A DNA stretch of 64,000 nt from the NCBI GenBank assembly GCA_016700095.1, contig CP065002.1:780175-844174 (forward strand), read 5' to 3'. This DNA is from Candidatus Woesebacteria bacterium. GTDB taxonomy: Bacteria; Patescibacteriota; Microgenomatia; UBA8517. The number at the start of each line of letters is the position of its first letter. Position 1 is the first letter of the stretch. A program made the translations under genes and the position numbers. The notes beneath the pieces are model-generated. The model was not told the origin of the DNA. It saw nothing but the letters and a program-made list of their open reading frames with translations, and ran no database searches. Below are positions 26,922-37,824 of the stretch, in pieces.

Positions 26922-27641
26922 ATGATGAGAAGAAGATACAGCCGCAAAAACGCTATTGATCAGAAAAAAAATATCAGATCGGCATTGCTTTTAATTTTTC
27001 TTACTATTTCTCTAATTCTAGTAATAATATTTTTGGGAGTACCGTTGGTGGTTAAGTACGCAGGCTTAATTACCGACCTTACCCAAAGCAATTCTCCGGT
27101 TGAACAGTCAGACACCACACCCCCACCCCCTCCGCGAATCGACGACCTACCTCAGTCGACCAATCAACTAACAATTGACGTAAATGGATCGACAGAACCC
27201 GGTGCAACGGTTGTTGTCACAATTAATGGTAAAGAGAGTGACGTTTTGGCAAATAAGTCAGGTAGATTTTCTCTAACGGTAAATCTCAATAATGGTGAAA
27301 ACACAATTAAAGCTTACGCCAAAGATGTGTACGGAAACGCCAGCACAACAACGCATTCCGCAACGGTTCTTTTTGACAACACCCCGCCGAGTATTGAAAT
27401 CTCAAATCCACCCAGCAATTCATCATTCTATGGGACTAAGTGGCGTCAGATTTCAATTGAGGGGTCAACAGAGCACAATGCACGGGTTACAGTGAACGAG
27501 AGATTTGTGGTTGTAGGCAATGACGGGAAATTCAAAACTACCACCAATTTAGAAAACGGGGAAAATACCTTCATCATTAAAGCAGAAGATGATTCGGGCA
27601 ACGCCAGCGAGGTAACGCTGAAAATAAACTACAGCGAATAA
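26922..27641 (+). CDS. Surface protein with N-terminal TM anchor, poly-Pro linker and two tandem Ig-like (Big-type) repeats
   Basis: PPPPPRIDDL linker. Two about 85-aa repeats share G(K/N)..(S/T)...N(L)(N/E)NGENT..(K/I)A.D..GNAS. Confidence 0.5.
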   Translation: MMRRRYSRKNAIDQKKNIRSALLLIFLTISLILVIIFLGVPLVVKYAGLITDLTQSNSPVEQSDTTPPPPPRIDDLPQSTNQLTIDVNGSTEPGATVVVTINGKESDVLANKSGRFSLTVNLNNGENTIKAYAKDVYGNASTTTHSATVLFDNTPPSIEISNPPSNSSFYGTKWRQISIEGSTEHNARVTVNERFVVVGNDGKFKTTTNLENGENTFIIKAEDDSGNASEVTLKINYSE

Positions 27642-27708
27642 CCGTTCATGTACTTAATTTAAATTAGAAAACCTGGTTGTAGAGTATCAACTACTTTTTT
27701 ATCTTAAC

Positions 27709-28905
27709 TTATACGTGACGTGTCGTAAGTGTTTGCTGAAGTTTCGTAACACAAGCAATAAGTCCAATCCAACCCATTGTCCAGGAATAGAACATACTAT
27801 TCACAAATAAGCTGTGGACGAAAAGTGAAAAAAGCGTGGCTGTAAATAGAGCATTTTTCGTAAACATGCTTGCTTTTATTATCTTTAAGGCGTCGTTGAC
27901 AAAGGCACATGCTCCAATTACACCCGTAGTTGCCAGAAGTAAAAGTAGACTTGAATCTGCACCCGAACATGAATGTTCACCCACATCAGTTCTTTTTAAT
28001 ATTTCTTTTTTATAAGCACACAACGTGTTATATCCGACACCAAAAACAGGATTATTTCGCCATATACTGATCGTTTCGTCGTAATTATTTATTCGATGAA
28101 CCACAGTCCCAGTCCTTTCAAGTTTAACGCCAATACTATTGGGACGTGGAAGCAATGGAATACTAATCATAAAAATAAAAGCATAAACAGCCGTAATTTT
28201 TCTGAGATTGGAATTAGCAACAAACAATGCGGCAAGCCCCGCAAGTAAGGCTAAGTAAGAGGCTCTCGAGTAAGTTAATAGTAATGCTATAACCATAACA
28301 CCTATGATCCAGACAAATCTTCGATCCTTCGTTATTGATTGCATGTAAACACCAACCAAAATCGCAAAGGCCAAAAATAAACCCGTGAAACCAGGGTCGA
28401 TAAACGATCCTACCAACCTGTATAAATGATTGTCCCATCCCAATGCCACAATTCCCGTAAGATCCGGGTAAATGACATATTGAATAAGCCCCAATAAAGC
28501 TATGACTAAACCAATAAATACTAAAGTTTTGATAATAATCTCGCGCAATTGAGTATCATCCGAGACGTTTTCACGCAAAAAGAGATAGAAAAAATAATAA
28601 GTCAGTGCTCTGACAAAATACATGGCTCCGACAATCACACCTCCCAATGAGACTACATTAAGGGACAAAAGAAGGGAAAAAAACGCAACATAAAAAACAG
28701 AGGGGATTTTTACAAGAATGTCAATTTTTCTTTTCGGCAGAACATATATTAATGAGGCAATACACGCCAATACATCGATCGGGGCGATTCCGAGTGTTGC
28801 GCCTCCGACGTCAATATTTAACTTGATAAGCTGTCCAAGTGCAAAGATCGACAAAAACGAAAATATGATTATTGTTGAGATGTTATATTTTTTTGATTTA
28901 GCCAT
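27709..28905 (-). CDS. O-antigen ligase/polymerase family (Wzy_C-type) membrane protein
   Basis: About 10 TM helices plus a periplasmic loop with WDNHLYRLVGSFIDPGFTG, typical of the O-antigen ligase family. Confidence 0.6.
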   Translation of the reverse strand: MAKSKKYNISTIIIFSFLSIFALGQLIKLNIDVGGATLGIAPIDVLACIASLIYVLPKRKIDILVKIPSVFYVAFFSLLLSLNVVSLGGVIVGAMYFVRALTYYFFYLFLRENVSDDTQLREIIIKTLVFIGLVIALLGLIQYVIYPDLTGIVALGWDNHLYRLVGSFIDPGFTGLFLAFAILVGVYMQSITKDRRFVWIIGVMVIALLLTYSRASYLALLAGLAALFVANSNLRKITAVYAFIFMISIPLLPRPNSIGVKLERTGTVVHRINNYDETISIWRNNPVFGVGYNTLCAYKKEILKRTDVGEHSCSGADSSLLLLLATTGVIGACAFVNDALKIIKASMFTKNALFTATLFSLFVHSLFVNSMFYSWTMGWIGLIACVTKLQQTLTTRHV

Positions 28906-29624
28906 AATCTACTCCAAGATAAAAAAGAATGAAAACTCATGGTATAGCAAATTATAAATCCTTCAATTCCATCTAAAAACCCCAATTTAAAAAAATAATT
29001 GTTGATAAATTTTACAAGCGGAAAAATCACAATCTTAGTTAAACTAGAGGTTTTCCCTTCTTTTTTATTCGCTTGTGCATGTAAAGATGAATACTTATCT
29101 ATCTTAGCAAGGGTACTTGAAATCGAGTAATCCGGGTAATGCAAAATCGGATATTTCAAAATGCCGACTTCTCCTTGTATTTCCCAAGTTTCATGAACAT
29201 TTCGTGTCCATTTTCCTTTATTCTTTTTTGCCAATCTGACAAAACATGCATTTCCCACTTCGCCGTGAAGCATTTTTTTGTTGCCAAAAAAGTTTACGCG
29301 TTTGATAAGATAACCGTCGTATGGTTTACACAAACTATCGAGAATCTCGTGTCGAAGACGTTTATCAACTACTTCGTCTGCGTCAACAAAAAGTATCCAC
29401 TCTCCCTTGGCTTTGCTCAAACCATAATTTCGTTGGCTGGAAAAATTATTATTTAGAGCCCTTTCGTAGACAATACCTCCCATTTTTCTCGCAAGGTTGA
29501 CGGACTGATCGCTTGAAAAATCATCAATAACAATTATTTCATCACAAAACGACACACTAGCCAGACAATCTTTTAGGGTGGTATAGCTATTATTGGTTAA
29601 TATGATTGCCGATAGGTTCGTCAT
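28869..29624 (-). CDS. Family 2 glycosyltransferase
   Basis: Typical GT2 pattern ILTNNSYTTLKDCLASV...IVIDDFSSD...FVDADE (DxD). Confidence 0.8.
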   Translation of the reverse strand: MTNLSAIILTNNSYTTLKDCLASVSFCDEIIVIDDFSSDQSVNLARKMGGIVYERALNNNFSSQRNYGLSKAKGEWILFVDADEVVDKRLRHEILDSLCKPYDGYLIKRVNFFGNKKMLHGEVGNACFVRLAKKNKGKWTRNVHETWEIQGEVGILKYPILHYPDYSISSTLAKIDKYSSLHAQANKKEGKTSSLTKIVIFPLVKFINNYFFKLGFLDGIEGFIICYTMSFHSFLSWSRLWLNQKNITSQQ

Positions 29625-30882
29625 GTAATATTTTTGCGCAATAGTATACCGCCAATGGTAAAGTCAGGATGCTGGCGAAAATTACGGCGTAAACGGTACC
29701 CATCAAAGCATAAGCATTAATAAAAGGAACAATGCCACAAGCAAGCAGTATCGTACCTAGTGTAGTAATTCCTGTCACATAGTTTTGTTTTTTGACAGCC
29801 AAAAAAAGCGGATTGAATGAAGCAACAAGTGCCTGAATTACACCAAATACAATAAGAATCCTTACAATCGGAATTACCTCCATCCAACCGGATCCTAAAA
29901 CAATCATTACAATTTCCTGTGCAAATAAATAGATAATACTTCCCAATACCAATGCACCCATGCCGGTTGCAAACATGGTTGTTAAAAATGCGGATTTCAG
30001 TTTCTTTTTGTCGTGGGATATTTTCACAAACACGGGAAAGGTTACTTTTCCAATAACATCCGCGACTTCCGAAACAGGAAGAGTCGATAATCGATACGCC
30101 GCCTGATAAATTCCCAAGGACGTCGTACCCAATATTTTACCCACCACAACATCATCTCCCTGGCTAAATAAATAGTGTGAAATTCCCGAACCAGTAATCC
30201 ATTTTCCACGCGATAAAATAATTTTGAGATATTTTGTATCCAATTTAAATTGTGGAATCGGACGGATAATTAAGTAAGAAAGTAGTGTCTCAAGAAGTGC
30301 TCCCGCGATAAATCCCCATATTAAACCAATCGGATGTTTTAATAAGTAGGTCACCCAAACACCCACCAAAGCATCAAAGATAAAAATCGATAATCGGAAA
30401 ACAAACTCTTTTTTGAAAAGGAGTTCCTTTTGCAACTTCACAATTGCCGGATTGATAAATCCTCTAATTATCGGAACCAATACAATTAGTTCCAAAACAC
30501 CTCTACTTTCCTGAGACTTAAAAAAAATCGACAGAGGATAAGACATTACAAGTAAAAGTCCCCCAATGATACATCCTCGAAAAATAGATACTATCCAAGC
30601 TGTGTCGATATAATTATCGATATTTTTTTTCTCTTGAATCAAAACAGTATTAATTCCCGTTTCGGTAAATATTTCAAGAAATGCCAAAGCCAGAGTTGCT
30701 ATCGCATAAACACCAAACTGTTCCGGGTTAAGAATCCTGGCAATTATTGCCAACTTCGCATAGGCAACTATCCTACTCGACAGTCTGAAACCGCCGGTCC
30801 AAGTAATCCCTATGGTGGTCTTTCTAAGTAATCTCACGTAAGATGATTTTAATACGAAAGGAAGATAAGATAAACTATCCAC
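29590..30882 (-). CDS. Polysaccharide biosynthesis flippase (Wzx-like, MOP superfamily)
   Basis: 430 aa with 12-14 TM helices and the characteristic N-terminal ...KLAIIARILNPEQFGVYAIATLALAFLE. Confidence 0.65.
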   Translation of the reverse strand: MDSLSYLPFVLKSSYVRLLRKTTIGITWTGGFRLSSRIVAYAKLAIIARILNPEQFGVYAIATLALAFLEIFTETGINTVLIQEKKNIDNYIDTAWIVSIFRGCIIGGLLLVMSYPLSIFFKSQESRGVLELIVLVPIIRGFINPAIVKLQKELLFKKEFVFRLSIFIFDALVGVWVTYLLKHPIGLIWGFIAGALLETLLSYLIIRPIPQFKLDTKYLKIILSRGKWITGSGISHYLFSQGDDVVVGKILGTTSLGIYQAAYRLSTLPVSEVADVIGKVTFPVFVKISHDKKKLKSAFLTTMFATGMGALVLGSIIYLFAQEIVMIVLGSGWMEVIPIVRILIVFGVIQALVASFNPLFLAVKKQNYVTGITTLGTILLACGIVPFINAYALMGTVYAVIFASILTLPLAVYYCAKILHDEPIGNHINQ

Positions 30883-31056
30883 ACCTTACAGTAGGCGCAT
30901 TAGACTATAATTACAAAGCAAATTTGAAACTATTTAGTTCATTTTTACGATAGAACGCCTACGGATTTTTGAACAATAATACAAGCAGTCTTACTATCAC
31001 AAGACTCATATAACGAAGATCGGATGGTTTTAGTAATCCCTGCAAGATGTATTTTA

Positions 31057-31788
31057 TTATCCGACTTTTGTGAAGTTTACCTCGTTTTGATAGAGCGTTT
31101 GTTTGAAAGCACCTCCTGAGTCGCCAAGCTCTTCTTCGTAATGCTCTACGTTGGCATTGGGAATTTTTGCGTTAAGAAGTATGTGTTGCAATTGCTCGAT
31201 CGTAAATCTACTGCGCAATTGACCCGCCTCGATATAAACACCTTCTTCGTAAACAACAGCGCTACGCTCGAGACGAAGCATTTCTTTTTCATCCGCGGGA
31301 GATTTGAAAGTTAGGTAAGCACTGCCTCCGATTTTCAAACTACGGTAAATGTCTTGAAGTATTTTTGCGGTGTGTCGGTGGCCGAAGTAATTTAGGGAGA
31401 TTCTGGAGTACGCTACGTCAATGGAGTTATCCTTAAGAGGCAAAGCGTGTAATCCAAAATCAATCATATGTGTTACCAGATTTTGATCAAGTTTTGCATT
31501 TCTGGCACGCTCTTCGGCTACTTGAAGAGCAAAAGAGGAAATATCAAGCAATATGACACTGTGACCGTTTTTCAAAAAATGCAACACGTCACTTCCACTA
31601 CCACCACCCAGATCACACACTATACTACCCCTGCGAAAAAGTTTTTCGCGTTCGACTGCAAATCGCGACGGCTGGGTATGTTCTTTGTGGATTTTTTGGT
31701 GAACCAAATCCCATCTGGTAGAGTCATTTCCCATCAATTCTGTTGCTGCTAACGTATTCATATGATAGTCGAAACTTGTAGGCATCAT
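31057..31788 (-). CDS. Class I SAM-dependent methyltransferase
   Basis: Motif I VCDLGGGSGSDVL. Post-I acidic residue LLDIS. Confidence 0.7.
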   Translation of the reverse strand: MMPTSFDYHMNTLAATELMGNDSTRWDLVHQKIHKEHTQPSRFAVEREKLFRRGSIVCDLGGGSGSDVLHFLKNGHSVILLDISSFALQVAEERARNAKLDQNLVTHMIDFGLHALPLKDNSIDVAYSRISLNYFGHRHTAKILQDIYRSLKIGGSAYLTFKSPADEKEMLRLERSAVVYEEGVYIEAGQLRSRFTIEQLQHILLNAKIPNANVEHYEEELGDSGGAFKQTLYQNEVNFTKVG

Positions 31789-32094
31789 TATTCGCCCACC
31801 AACTACTTCAAGATTTCAGTTTCATTATATTTAATTGTTACGAAAATTACCAGATGATGTAATAGCCTTTTTGGAATTTATATAATAGCTTTTCCAATAC
31901 GTCCGACAACAAACACCGCTTGACTAAAAAAACTAACTACTAAATAGTATTTAACCGATGGGTATGTAATTTTCCCTGTGTGACAAGACTTAATTTAACT
32001 ACACTTTTTTAGCTTTCAAGAATTATATCGTCAACGAAGGCAATGCCGCAAAAATGACTTGGTGCCTAAAAATAATAAGGGGTAAGCTATTAAT

Positions 32095-33171
32095 CTAACT
32101 AAATTTGGTTTGCCCTTCCGAGTTTAATTGTTTAACAATTTCAAGTGCAATAAATGTCAAGGCTATTACGACAGGTCCTAAAATCATTCCGGATAAGCCA
32201 AATTGTTGAATACCACCAAAAACGGAAAACATAACTATCAATTGATGTAAGTTAGTACTTTTGCCAATAATTTTTGGTGCAATCAGATTTTCCACAACAA
32301 AACCTAATCCCAAAAACCAAATTGCCAAAAGTATAGCGGATAACGTATTACCACCAATTACTTGCCATAAAACAAGTGGGATCCAAAGTAAAAATCCGCC
32401 TACCAGAGGCAGTAACGAGGACAACCCGTATATTACCCCCAAAAGAAATGCTGAAGGAATCCCAAAAACCAGAAAACCAATAATTCCCACTAAAGATTGA
32501 AGGAGAATAATTAACAAATTACCTCTGACGGTACCGTTCACTATTTCTATCGTCCGTTTTGTCAACAAAACATAGTATTTTTGGGGAAATATCGAAAGCC
32601 CTTCGATATATTTATTTATACCCTGCCAATTCACCAATAGAAAATATACTGTAAGCAAAGTAAAAAACAAACTTAACACCATACTCCCCGACTGCAAAGC
32701 TAGCCCCCCCACATTGCGCACCATAAACGAAAGTACTTGAGATATGTAATTATTAAAATTTGAAAGGCTTACATCAAATGGAATTTGCAGTTGAGTCAAC
32801 AAACGATTTAAATCCGCGTGAAAGTTCACTACTCGACCTGGATTTTTTTGAATGTCTGTTGCCACCGTGACTAATTCGGAAACCAGATTGCCTATTAAAA
32901 AACCCAGGGGGACAACAACAAACAATAGTGCGGCAAGAACAGTCAAAAGACCTGCTAATGAATTATTGCGGGTTATAGTGAGGAGCTTTTTAAAAAAAGG
33001 CCTTAAAAATATTGCAAATATCATACCCGACGAAAGAATTCCCAAGAAAGGTTGCAACACAAGATATGCCAACCACAGTATTCCAATAATCACGATATAC
33101 GTTACTCCCTTTGATATATACATTTCTTGTTTATTTTTCATGGTGTTTGCGTTTATAGTAGGACAAGGCAA
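32095..33171 (-). CDS. AI-2E family transporter (UPF0118/PerM-like)
   Basis: 8-TM topology with the characteristic ...LQPFLGILSSGMIFAIFLRP... N-terminus and a C-terminal GxxxG-rich region. Confidence 0.7.
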   Translation of the reverse strand: MPCPTINANTMKNKQEMYISKGVTYIVIIGILWLAYLVLQPFLGILSSGMIFAIFLRPFFKKLLTITRNNSLAGLLTVLAALLFVVVPLGFLIGNLVSELVTVATDIQKNPGRVVNFHADLNRLLTQLQIPFDVSLSNFNNYISQVLSFMVRNVGGLALQSGSMVLSLFFTLLTVYFLLVNWQGINKYIEGLSIFPQKYYVLLTKRTIEIVNGTVRGNLLIILLQSLVGIIGFLVFGIPSAFLLGVIYGLSSLLPLVGGFLLWIPLVLWQVIGGNTLSAILLAIWFLGLGFVVENLIAPKIIGKSTNLHQLIVMFSVFGGIQQFGLSGMILGPVVIALTFIALEIVKQLNSEGQTKFS

Positions 33172-33775
33172 TAATTAACGCTACTATACCAAAAAGTAAA
33201 AACTGACCAATTGACTCAACTCCCTCAAAACCGCTAGTAATCTGCTTGTAATTACCCAATCCCGCATATCCAAGATAGAGATAAAGCATGTTTCGAATAT
33301 AGGTGCCTATAAAAGTTGATGTTAAAAACGTTTTGCGATTGATTTTAATAATACCGCACGCTATGGATATTGGTGCACTTGGAATTACCGGTATAGCGCG
33401 TGCAATCAACAAAAATACATTGTCCCGCCATCCTCCGTTTAACCGTTTGCCTATATTTTCAATTTCCTTATGTGTTACGCCTACGAATTTTCCAATTTTA
33501 ACAATCACAATATCTTCCAGTTTATCGGCAATAATATACAATACCCAGGCTCCAAGTGTTTTCCCTAAAGCTCCAAAAAGAGACAAAAATCCAAGATACC
33601 AAAGCGGTTGACCCTGTGCACCCGCAAGCGATCCGGCAAGTGCCATAACAAAGGGAGAGGGTATTGGGGCAACGACTTCTTCGATGATTGAGCCAACCAA
33701 AGTAAATAATTCAAGTGGAACTTTATGAGAAAAAGTTTCCAATAATACTATCAACGAACTAAATATACTCATCAA
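33131..33775 (-). CDS. DedA/VTT-domain (SNARE-associated) membrane protein
   Basis: Core motif ...ARAIPVIPSAPISIACGIIKINRKTFL... and a G-rich reentrant segment. Confidence 0.6.
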   Translation of the reverse strand: MMSIFSSLIVLLETFSHKVPLELFTLVGSIIEEVVAPIPSPFVMALAGSLAGAQGQPLWYLGFLSLFGALGKTLGAWVLYIIADKLEDIVIVKIGKFVGVTHKEIENIGKRLNGGWRDNVFLLIARAIPVIPSAPISIACGIIKINRKTFLTSTFIGTYIRNMLYLYLGYAGLGNYKQITSGFEGVESIGQFLLFGIVALIIALSYYKRKHHEK

Positions 33776-34184
33776 ATTACTCCAAACTTTAATATCTTAG
33801 TAAATACGGGCAAAAAGTGCAATTGTTTAAATGCAATTTCCGATTTCAAACGATCGTTTTTTGGTCGGTGGGGTAGTTTCATTATATAAACTAAATAATC
33901 TCACTATCTAATTCAATCACAATTCACGAATAATGAGTTCTTAAAAAGTATAATTCTTTCTCTTAATATTGGAATCAAGTGTATGTTACAACTTCTTTGT
34001 GGTTTTGTGAAAACATAGAATATTTATGTATTTGTTTACCACTGGTGACCCCAATGCAATTGATTTGAACCATTTTTAGCTCATTTTGAGCAACTTTACC
34101 GAATATACAACCTTTAGATAAAGTCATTAGATAGAATATGTATATTTTGAAATCTATTCATCATATAATTATATAAATCATTTT

Positions 34185-35084
34185 ATGTTAAAAGTTAATT
34201 TAAAAAGAAGAAAGAAAAAAATTGTATTCGTTTTTAGTATGATATCGTTTTTATTAATGGTACATGTTATCTTGACGGTAGTTCATTCAGGTTATAAAGA
34301 AAACTTTGTATGCAGCTTCTTTAATCAGGCGATTTGTCAAAAAGTACCTTTTTGTCGACCTGTTTTTGACACAAACCCTTGTGTGGGTGGGGAGTTATGT
34401 CTTACAGTAGCTTATCCCGAGCTATTCCAGAATTGTTCCTTAAAGAGGGAAACCGATAATACAAAATCAATTATCAACAAACCAACTAGCCCGATACAAA
34501 CTTATATAAAGCCAGAGAATGGATGTAGTGCGGTGTGGTCTAACTGCAACTGTAAATACATTGCAATTAGGACTGTGGATCTGCAAGAGCCTAGGTCTGA
34601 TTGTGCGAGAGATTGCATAAACGAATCGATCACCCAAACTCCACCAGTATTCTACACATATGGAAATTGTGTTATCGCTCCAGAAAAAGATCGATTTAGC
34701 TGCGCGAATTACGACCAATTGAATTGCCCCTCTATTAGTACAAATGGAACTGGTTGCTATATTGGTAGTGGTACAGATTCTATACCAGGAACTGATTTTG
34801 GCTGCGTAGGTACAATTAAATATACAAGTGTAATAATTGAACTAGACATTCCATTTGAGGTAGAAGGGACCCTATCTACAGAACAAATTAAAAAACAACG
34901 AAACTTAATTGAGTCAACACAAAAAGAACTTATAGCCCAAATTCCAGGAATATTTGAAGTCTATAAACAGTATACGCTAACTCCCAGTTTAGCAATTAAA
35001 GCGAATAAGGAAGCACTAGAGTTTCTTCAAGATAGTAATTTAGTACAACATATACAAGAAGATAAGCCAGATCGCGCGTTTTAG
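34185..35084 (+). CDS. Cys-rich secreted protein (299 aa), unknown function
   Basis: Lys-rich N-terminus plus TM/signal. More than 20 Cys in CxxC/CxC-like spacing. No family recognised. Confidence 0.4.
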   Translation: MLKVNLKRRKKKIVFVFSMISFLLMVHVILTVVHSGYKENFVCSFFNQAICQKVPFCRPVFDTNPCVGGELCLTVAYPELFQNCSLKRETDNTKSIINKPTSPIQTYIKPENGCSAVWSNCNCKYIAIRTVDLQEPRSDCARDCINESITQTPPVFYTYGNCVIAPEKDRFSCANYDQLNCPSISTNGTGCYIGSGTDSIPGTDFGCVGTIKYTSVIIELDIPFEVEGTLSTEQIKKQRNLIESTQKELIAQIPGIFEVYKQYTLTPSLAIKANKEALEFLQDSNLVQHIQEDKPDRAF

Positions 35085-35299
35085 CGTCCATATGTCTTAA
35101 TTTTTTAGGCAACAATACCCAGCATATTTTTTCTTTAACACTACTTTATGTTTTCTATATTATTATGATGAAGACGGATATATAAGTTGTACTAAAATAT
35201 TATGTTTAATTAGAGATTATTATAATTTCTGATGGCAATTCGTCGCTACGCTCCTATTGCACCCCAGTTGACTAAACTCGTTTCACTCATTAAGTCATC

Positions 35300-35376
35300 T
35301 GGTGACCGCTGAGGGACTCGAACCCCCGGCCTCCGCAATGTGAATGCAGCGCTCTAACCAACTGAGCTAAGCGGTC
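35300..35376 (-). tRNA. tRNA-Val (anticodon CAC), CCA encoded
   Basis: Acceptor gaccgct/agcggtc, anticodon loop ttCACat, T-arm gggggTTCGAGTccctc, 3' ACCA. Confidence 0.9.
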
Positions 35377-35537
35377 AATTTACCTAGTGGATTTTAACAT
35401 GCAAAACTCAAAACATCCAAAACGTAAATCCATTTTCTGGCGTTACTGCCTTTTGTGTGTATTATCTATTTGTCGTGAAATGTCATGAATGACGATCTCT
35501 ACCGACAAAAGTCGGTAGTATCCGTTTTCTCAATAAG

Positions 35538-35580
35538 GATTCGGTCTAAAACCACTGATTGAAATCAGTGGTTTTAGACT
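35538..35580. promoter_or_regulatory. Perfect 17-bp inverted repeat (gtctaaaaccactgatt / aatcagtggttttagac) forming a strong hairpin or operator-like palindrome
   Basis: Read directly from the sequence. Located between tRNA-Val (minus strand) and lepB (plus strand). Confidence 0.5.
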
Positions 35581-35723
35581 TAACGAGAATAAAGAAAATA
35601 TTATCATGGTGCATTCCAACATTACGTGGTAATACTTTGTTGACAAATTCTTGCACGTATTTATCGTCGTCTCATTAAATTGAGAGCTTGTTTTTAAAAA
35701 GCTTTTAAACTTATAATAGCTGG

Positions 35724-36278
35724 ATGGATAAATTAAGCAGTTTTTTTCTTGACACGCTTGAAGTTGTGGTTTTTGCAGTGGCGATTTTTTTGTTCGTATA
35801 TCTTATCGTCCTACAACCCCACAAAATCAAAGGAGCTTCGATGTTACCCAATTTCCAAGATGGAGAATACATTTTGTCTGATAAATTGTCTTACCGTTTC
35901 GGTGAACCCAAAAGAGGCGATGTGATTATTTTTGAAGCTCCAGGAGCAAACGGCGATGAGTTTATTAAAAGGATTATTGGTTTACCGGGCGAAAAGGTTG
36001 CCATCAAAGAAAATAAATTATACATAAATGGTAACGAATTGAAAGAGAGCTATCTTCCTTCTACTTTTGACACGTTACCGGGTGCATTTTTACAAGAAAA
36101 TGAGGAAAAAGTAATTCCCGAAAATAGCTACTTCGTTTTGGGAGACAATAGACGTCATTCTTCGGATTCCAGATCATGGGGTTTTATCGAAAAAGACGTG
36201 ATAACAGGTAGAGCATGGATTATATATTGGCCGACTGACGAACTCGGAAAAATTGAAGACGTAAGTTACTCGCTTTGA
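35724..36278 (+). CDS. lepB: Signal peptidase I (S26, LepB-type)
   Basis: N-terminal TM, catalytic Ser (GASMLPNF), Lys region (KRIIGLPGE), and C-terminal GDNRRHSSDSR box. Confidence 0.85.
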   Translation: MDKLSSFFLDTLEVVVFAVAIFLFVYLIVLQPHKIKGASMLPNFQDGEYILSDKLSYRFGEPKRGDVIIFEAPGANGDEFIKRIIGLPGEKVAIKENKLYINGNELKESYLPSTFDTLPGAFLQENEEKVIPENSYFVLGDNRRHSSDSRSWGFIEKDVITGRAWIIYWPTDELGKIEDVSYSL

Positions 36279-37135
36279 TTACCTTGATTATTGCCGGTTA
36301 AAGCTTTATATACTCTTTGGAGAATTGCATCCGTTTCTTCAACCCCACCTTTAAATATCATCTGAATTTTTGTCTCGCGTCTTGATCGGATTAATTTAAC
36401 GAGAGTTTTTTTGGTTTCCTCACCTTCACTTGGTGAAAGCGCTCGCTGTAAATCTTCCTGCATTCTGTCGATCTCCTCGGAGACAATTCGTAACTGATCA
36501 CGTCTTACACCCTGTCTGTGCATAGATTGTTTAGACTTTGCTTTCATACGACGTGCCAATTCTTCCGCACGTCTTACTGACCCTGACTCGCGCAGAATTA
36601 TTTTGTATGCTTCGACCATCAGATTTTGATCGTCGATAGCCGCCAATGCGCGTGCGTGCCCTTCCGAAATTAATCCGGAAAGTAAACCGTCTTTAAGCGC
36701 ATCGGGTAGTGAAAGTAAACGAATAGAGTTGGATACATAGGCGACAGATTTACCTATCCTTACGGCAACTTCCGAAGTGGAAAGTCCGAATTCATTCATT
36801 AAGCGCTCAAAACCCTTGGCGCGATCAATAGGATTTAGATCAGATCGTTGAACATTTTCAACCAATGCCATTTCGAGCATGCCTTTGGGAGTAGTTTCCC
36901 GAATCACAGCAGGTACATGTGTGAGACCGGCTAGTTTTGAGGCTCTCCAACGCCTTTCTCCCGCAATTATCTGGAATCCGGCTGGAGTTTTGGCAATTAC
37001 CAATGGTTCTAAAACACCATGCTGTTTAATCGAATCAACTAAATCAACTAAACTTTCGGGGGTTATGGCACCACGAGGTTGAAGTGGATTTGGTTGGAGC
37101 TGACCTACTTCGACTTGAATTACTTCTTCTGCCAT
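36266..37135 (-). CDS. parB: Chromosome partitioning protein ParB/Spo0J
   Basis: ParB box (GERRWRAS), HTH (LSTSEVAVRIGKSVAYVSNSIRLL) and C-terminal dimerisation region. Confidence 0.85.
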   Translation of the reverse strand: MAEEVIQVEVGQLQPNPLQPRGAITPESLVDLVDSIKQHGVLEPLVIAKTPAGFQIIAGERRWRASKLAGLTHVPAVIRETTPKGMLEMALVENVQRSDLNPIDRAKGFERLMNEFGLSTSEVAVRIGKSVAYVSNSIRLLSLPDALKDGLLSGLISEGHARALAAIDDQNLMVEAYKIILRESGSVRRAEELARRMKAKSKQSMHRQGVRRDQLRIVSEEIDRMQEDLQRALSPSEGEETKKTLVKLIRSRRETKIQMIFKGGVEETDAILQRVYKALTGNNQGNQSE

Positions 37136-37139
37136 GTAT

Positions 37140-37388
37140 TTAAGATACTATTGAAACCTTCTTTTTTCCCAATCGTTGGCCATATTTTACTTTTCCACCC
37201 ATAAGTGCAAACAAAGTATGATCCCGTCCTACACCGACACCCTCACCTGCTTGGTATTTTGTACCCCGTTGTCTGATAAGAATTGCACCCGCGTCAACAT
37301 TCTCTCCATCCGACACTTTAACACCAAGGAACTTTGGCTGAGTTCTTTTTTGTTGTCTTGTTTTACCTGCTGCTTTATGTTTTGACAT
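37140..37388 (-). CDS. rpmA: 50S ribosomal protein L27
   Basis: MSKHKAAGKTRQQKRTQPKFLGVK...GTKYQAGEGVGVGRDHTLFAL. Confidence 0.9.
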   Translation of the reverse strand: MSKHKAAGKTRQQKRTQPKFLGVKVSDGENVDAGAILIRQRGTKYQAGEGVGVGRDHTLFALMGGKVKYGQRLGKKKVSIVS

Positions 37389-37476
37389 ATCTTTTTATCT
37401 AATGTTCACTATAAGAAATATTTTCACGGTTGTCAATATAGATGTGTACGATCTACATTGATATACTTATTTAGTA

Positions 37477-37788
37477 TTAAGCAATTTTTTCAATCAGAAG
37501 GCGGGTATATTTGGGTCTGAAACCAAGTGTTTTTCGATATCGTGATTTAGACTTGTATTTCACAATTCTAACCTTCTTGCCTTTTTCATCACCGAGAATT
37601 TTTGTTGTAATTTTAGCGTCTTTAAGTACCGGTGTTCCCAAACTAACTTTACCTTCTTTAACCATAAGTAATACCTCAGGCTCGACAGACTTAGTATCAA
37701 TTTTAGATACTAACACTTCCTGCCCTTCGGTTACTTTTAACTGTTGTCCTTGTATTCTAACTACTGCGTATGTATTCATTGTAGACAA
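37477..37788 (-). CDS. rplU: 50S ribosomal protein L21
   Basis: MNTYAVVRIQGQQLKVTEGQ... is a canonical L21 N-terminus. Confidence 0.9.
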   Translation of the reverse strand: MSTMNTYAVVRIQGQQLKVTEGQEVLVSKIDTKSVEPEVLLMVKEGKVSLGTPVLKDAKITTKILGDEKGKKVRIVKYKSKSRYRKTLGFRPKYTRLLIEKIA

Positions 37789-37824
37789 ACTGTATTGTAT
37801 ATATAAACAGCCTTAAAAACAAGT

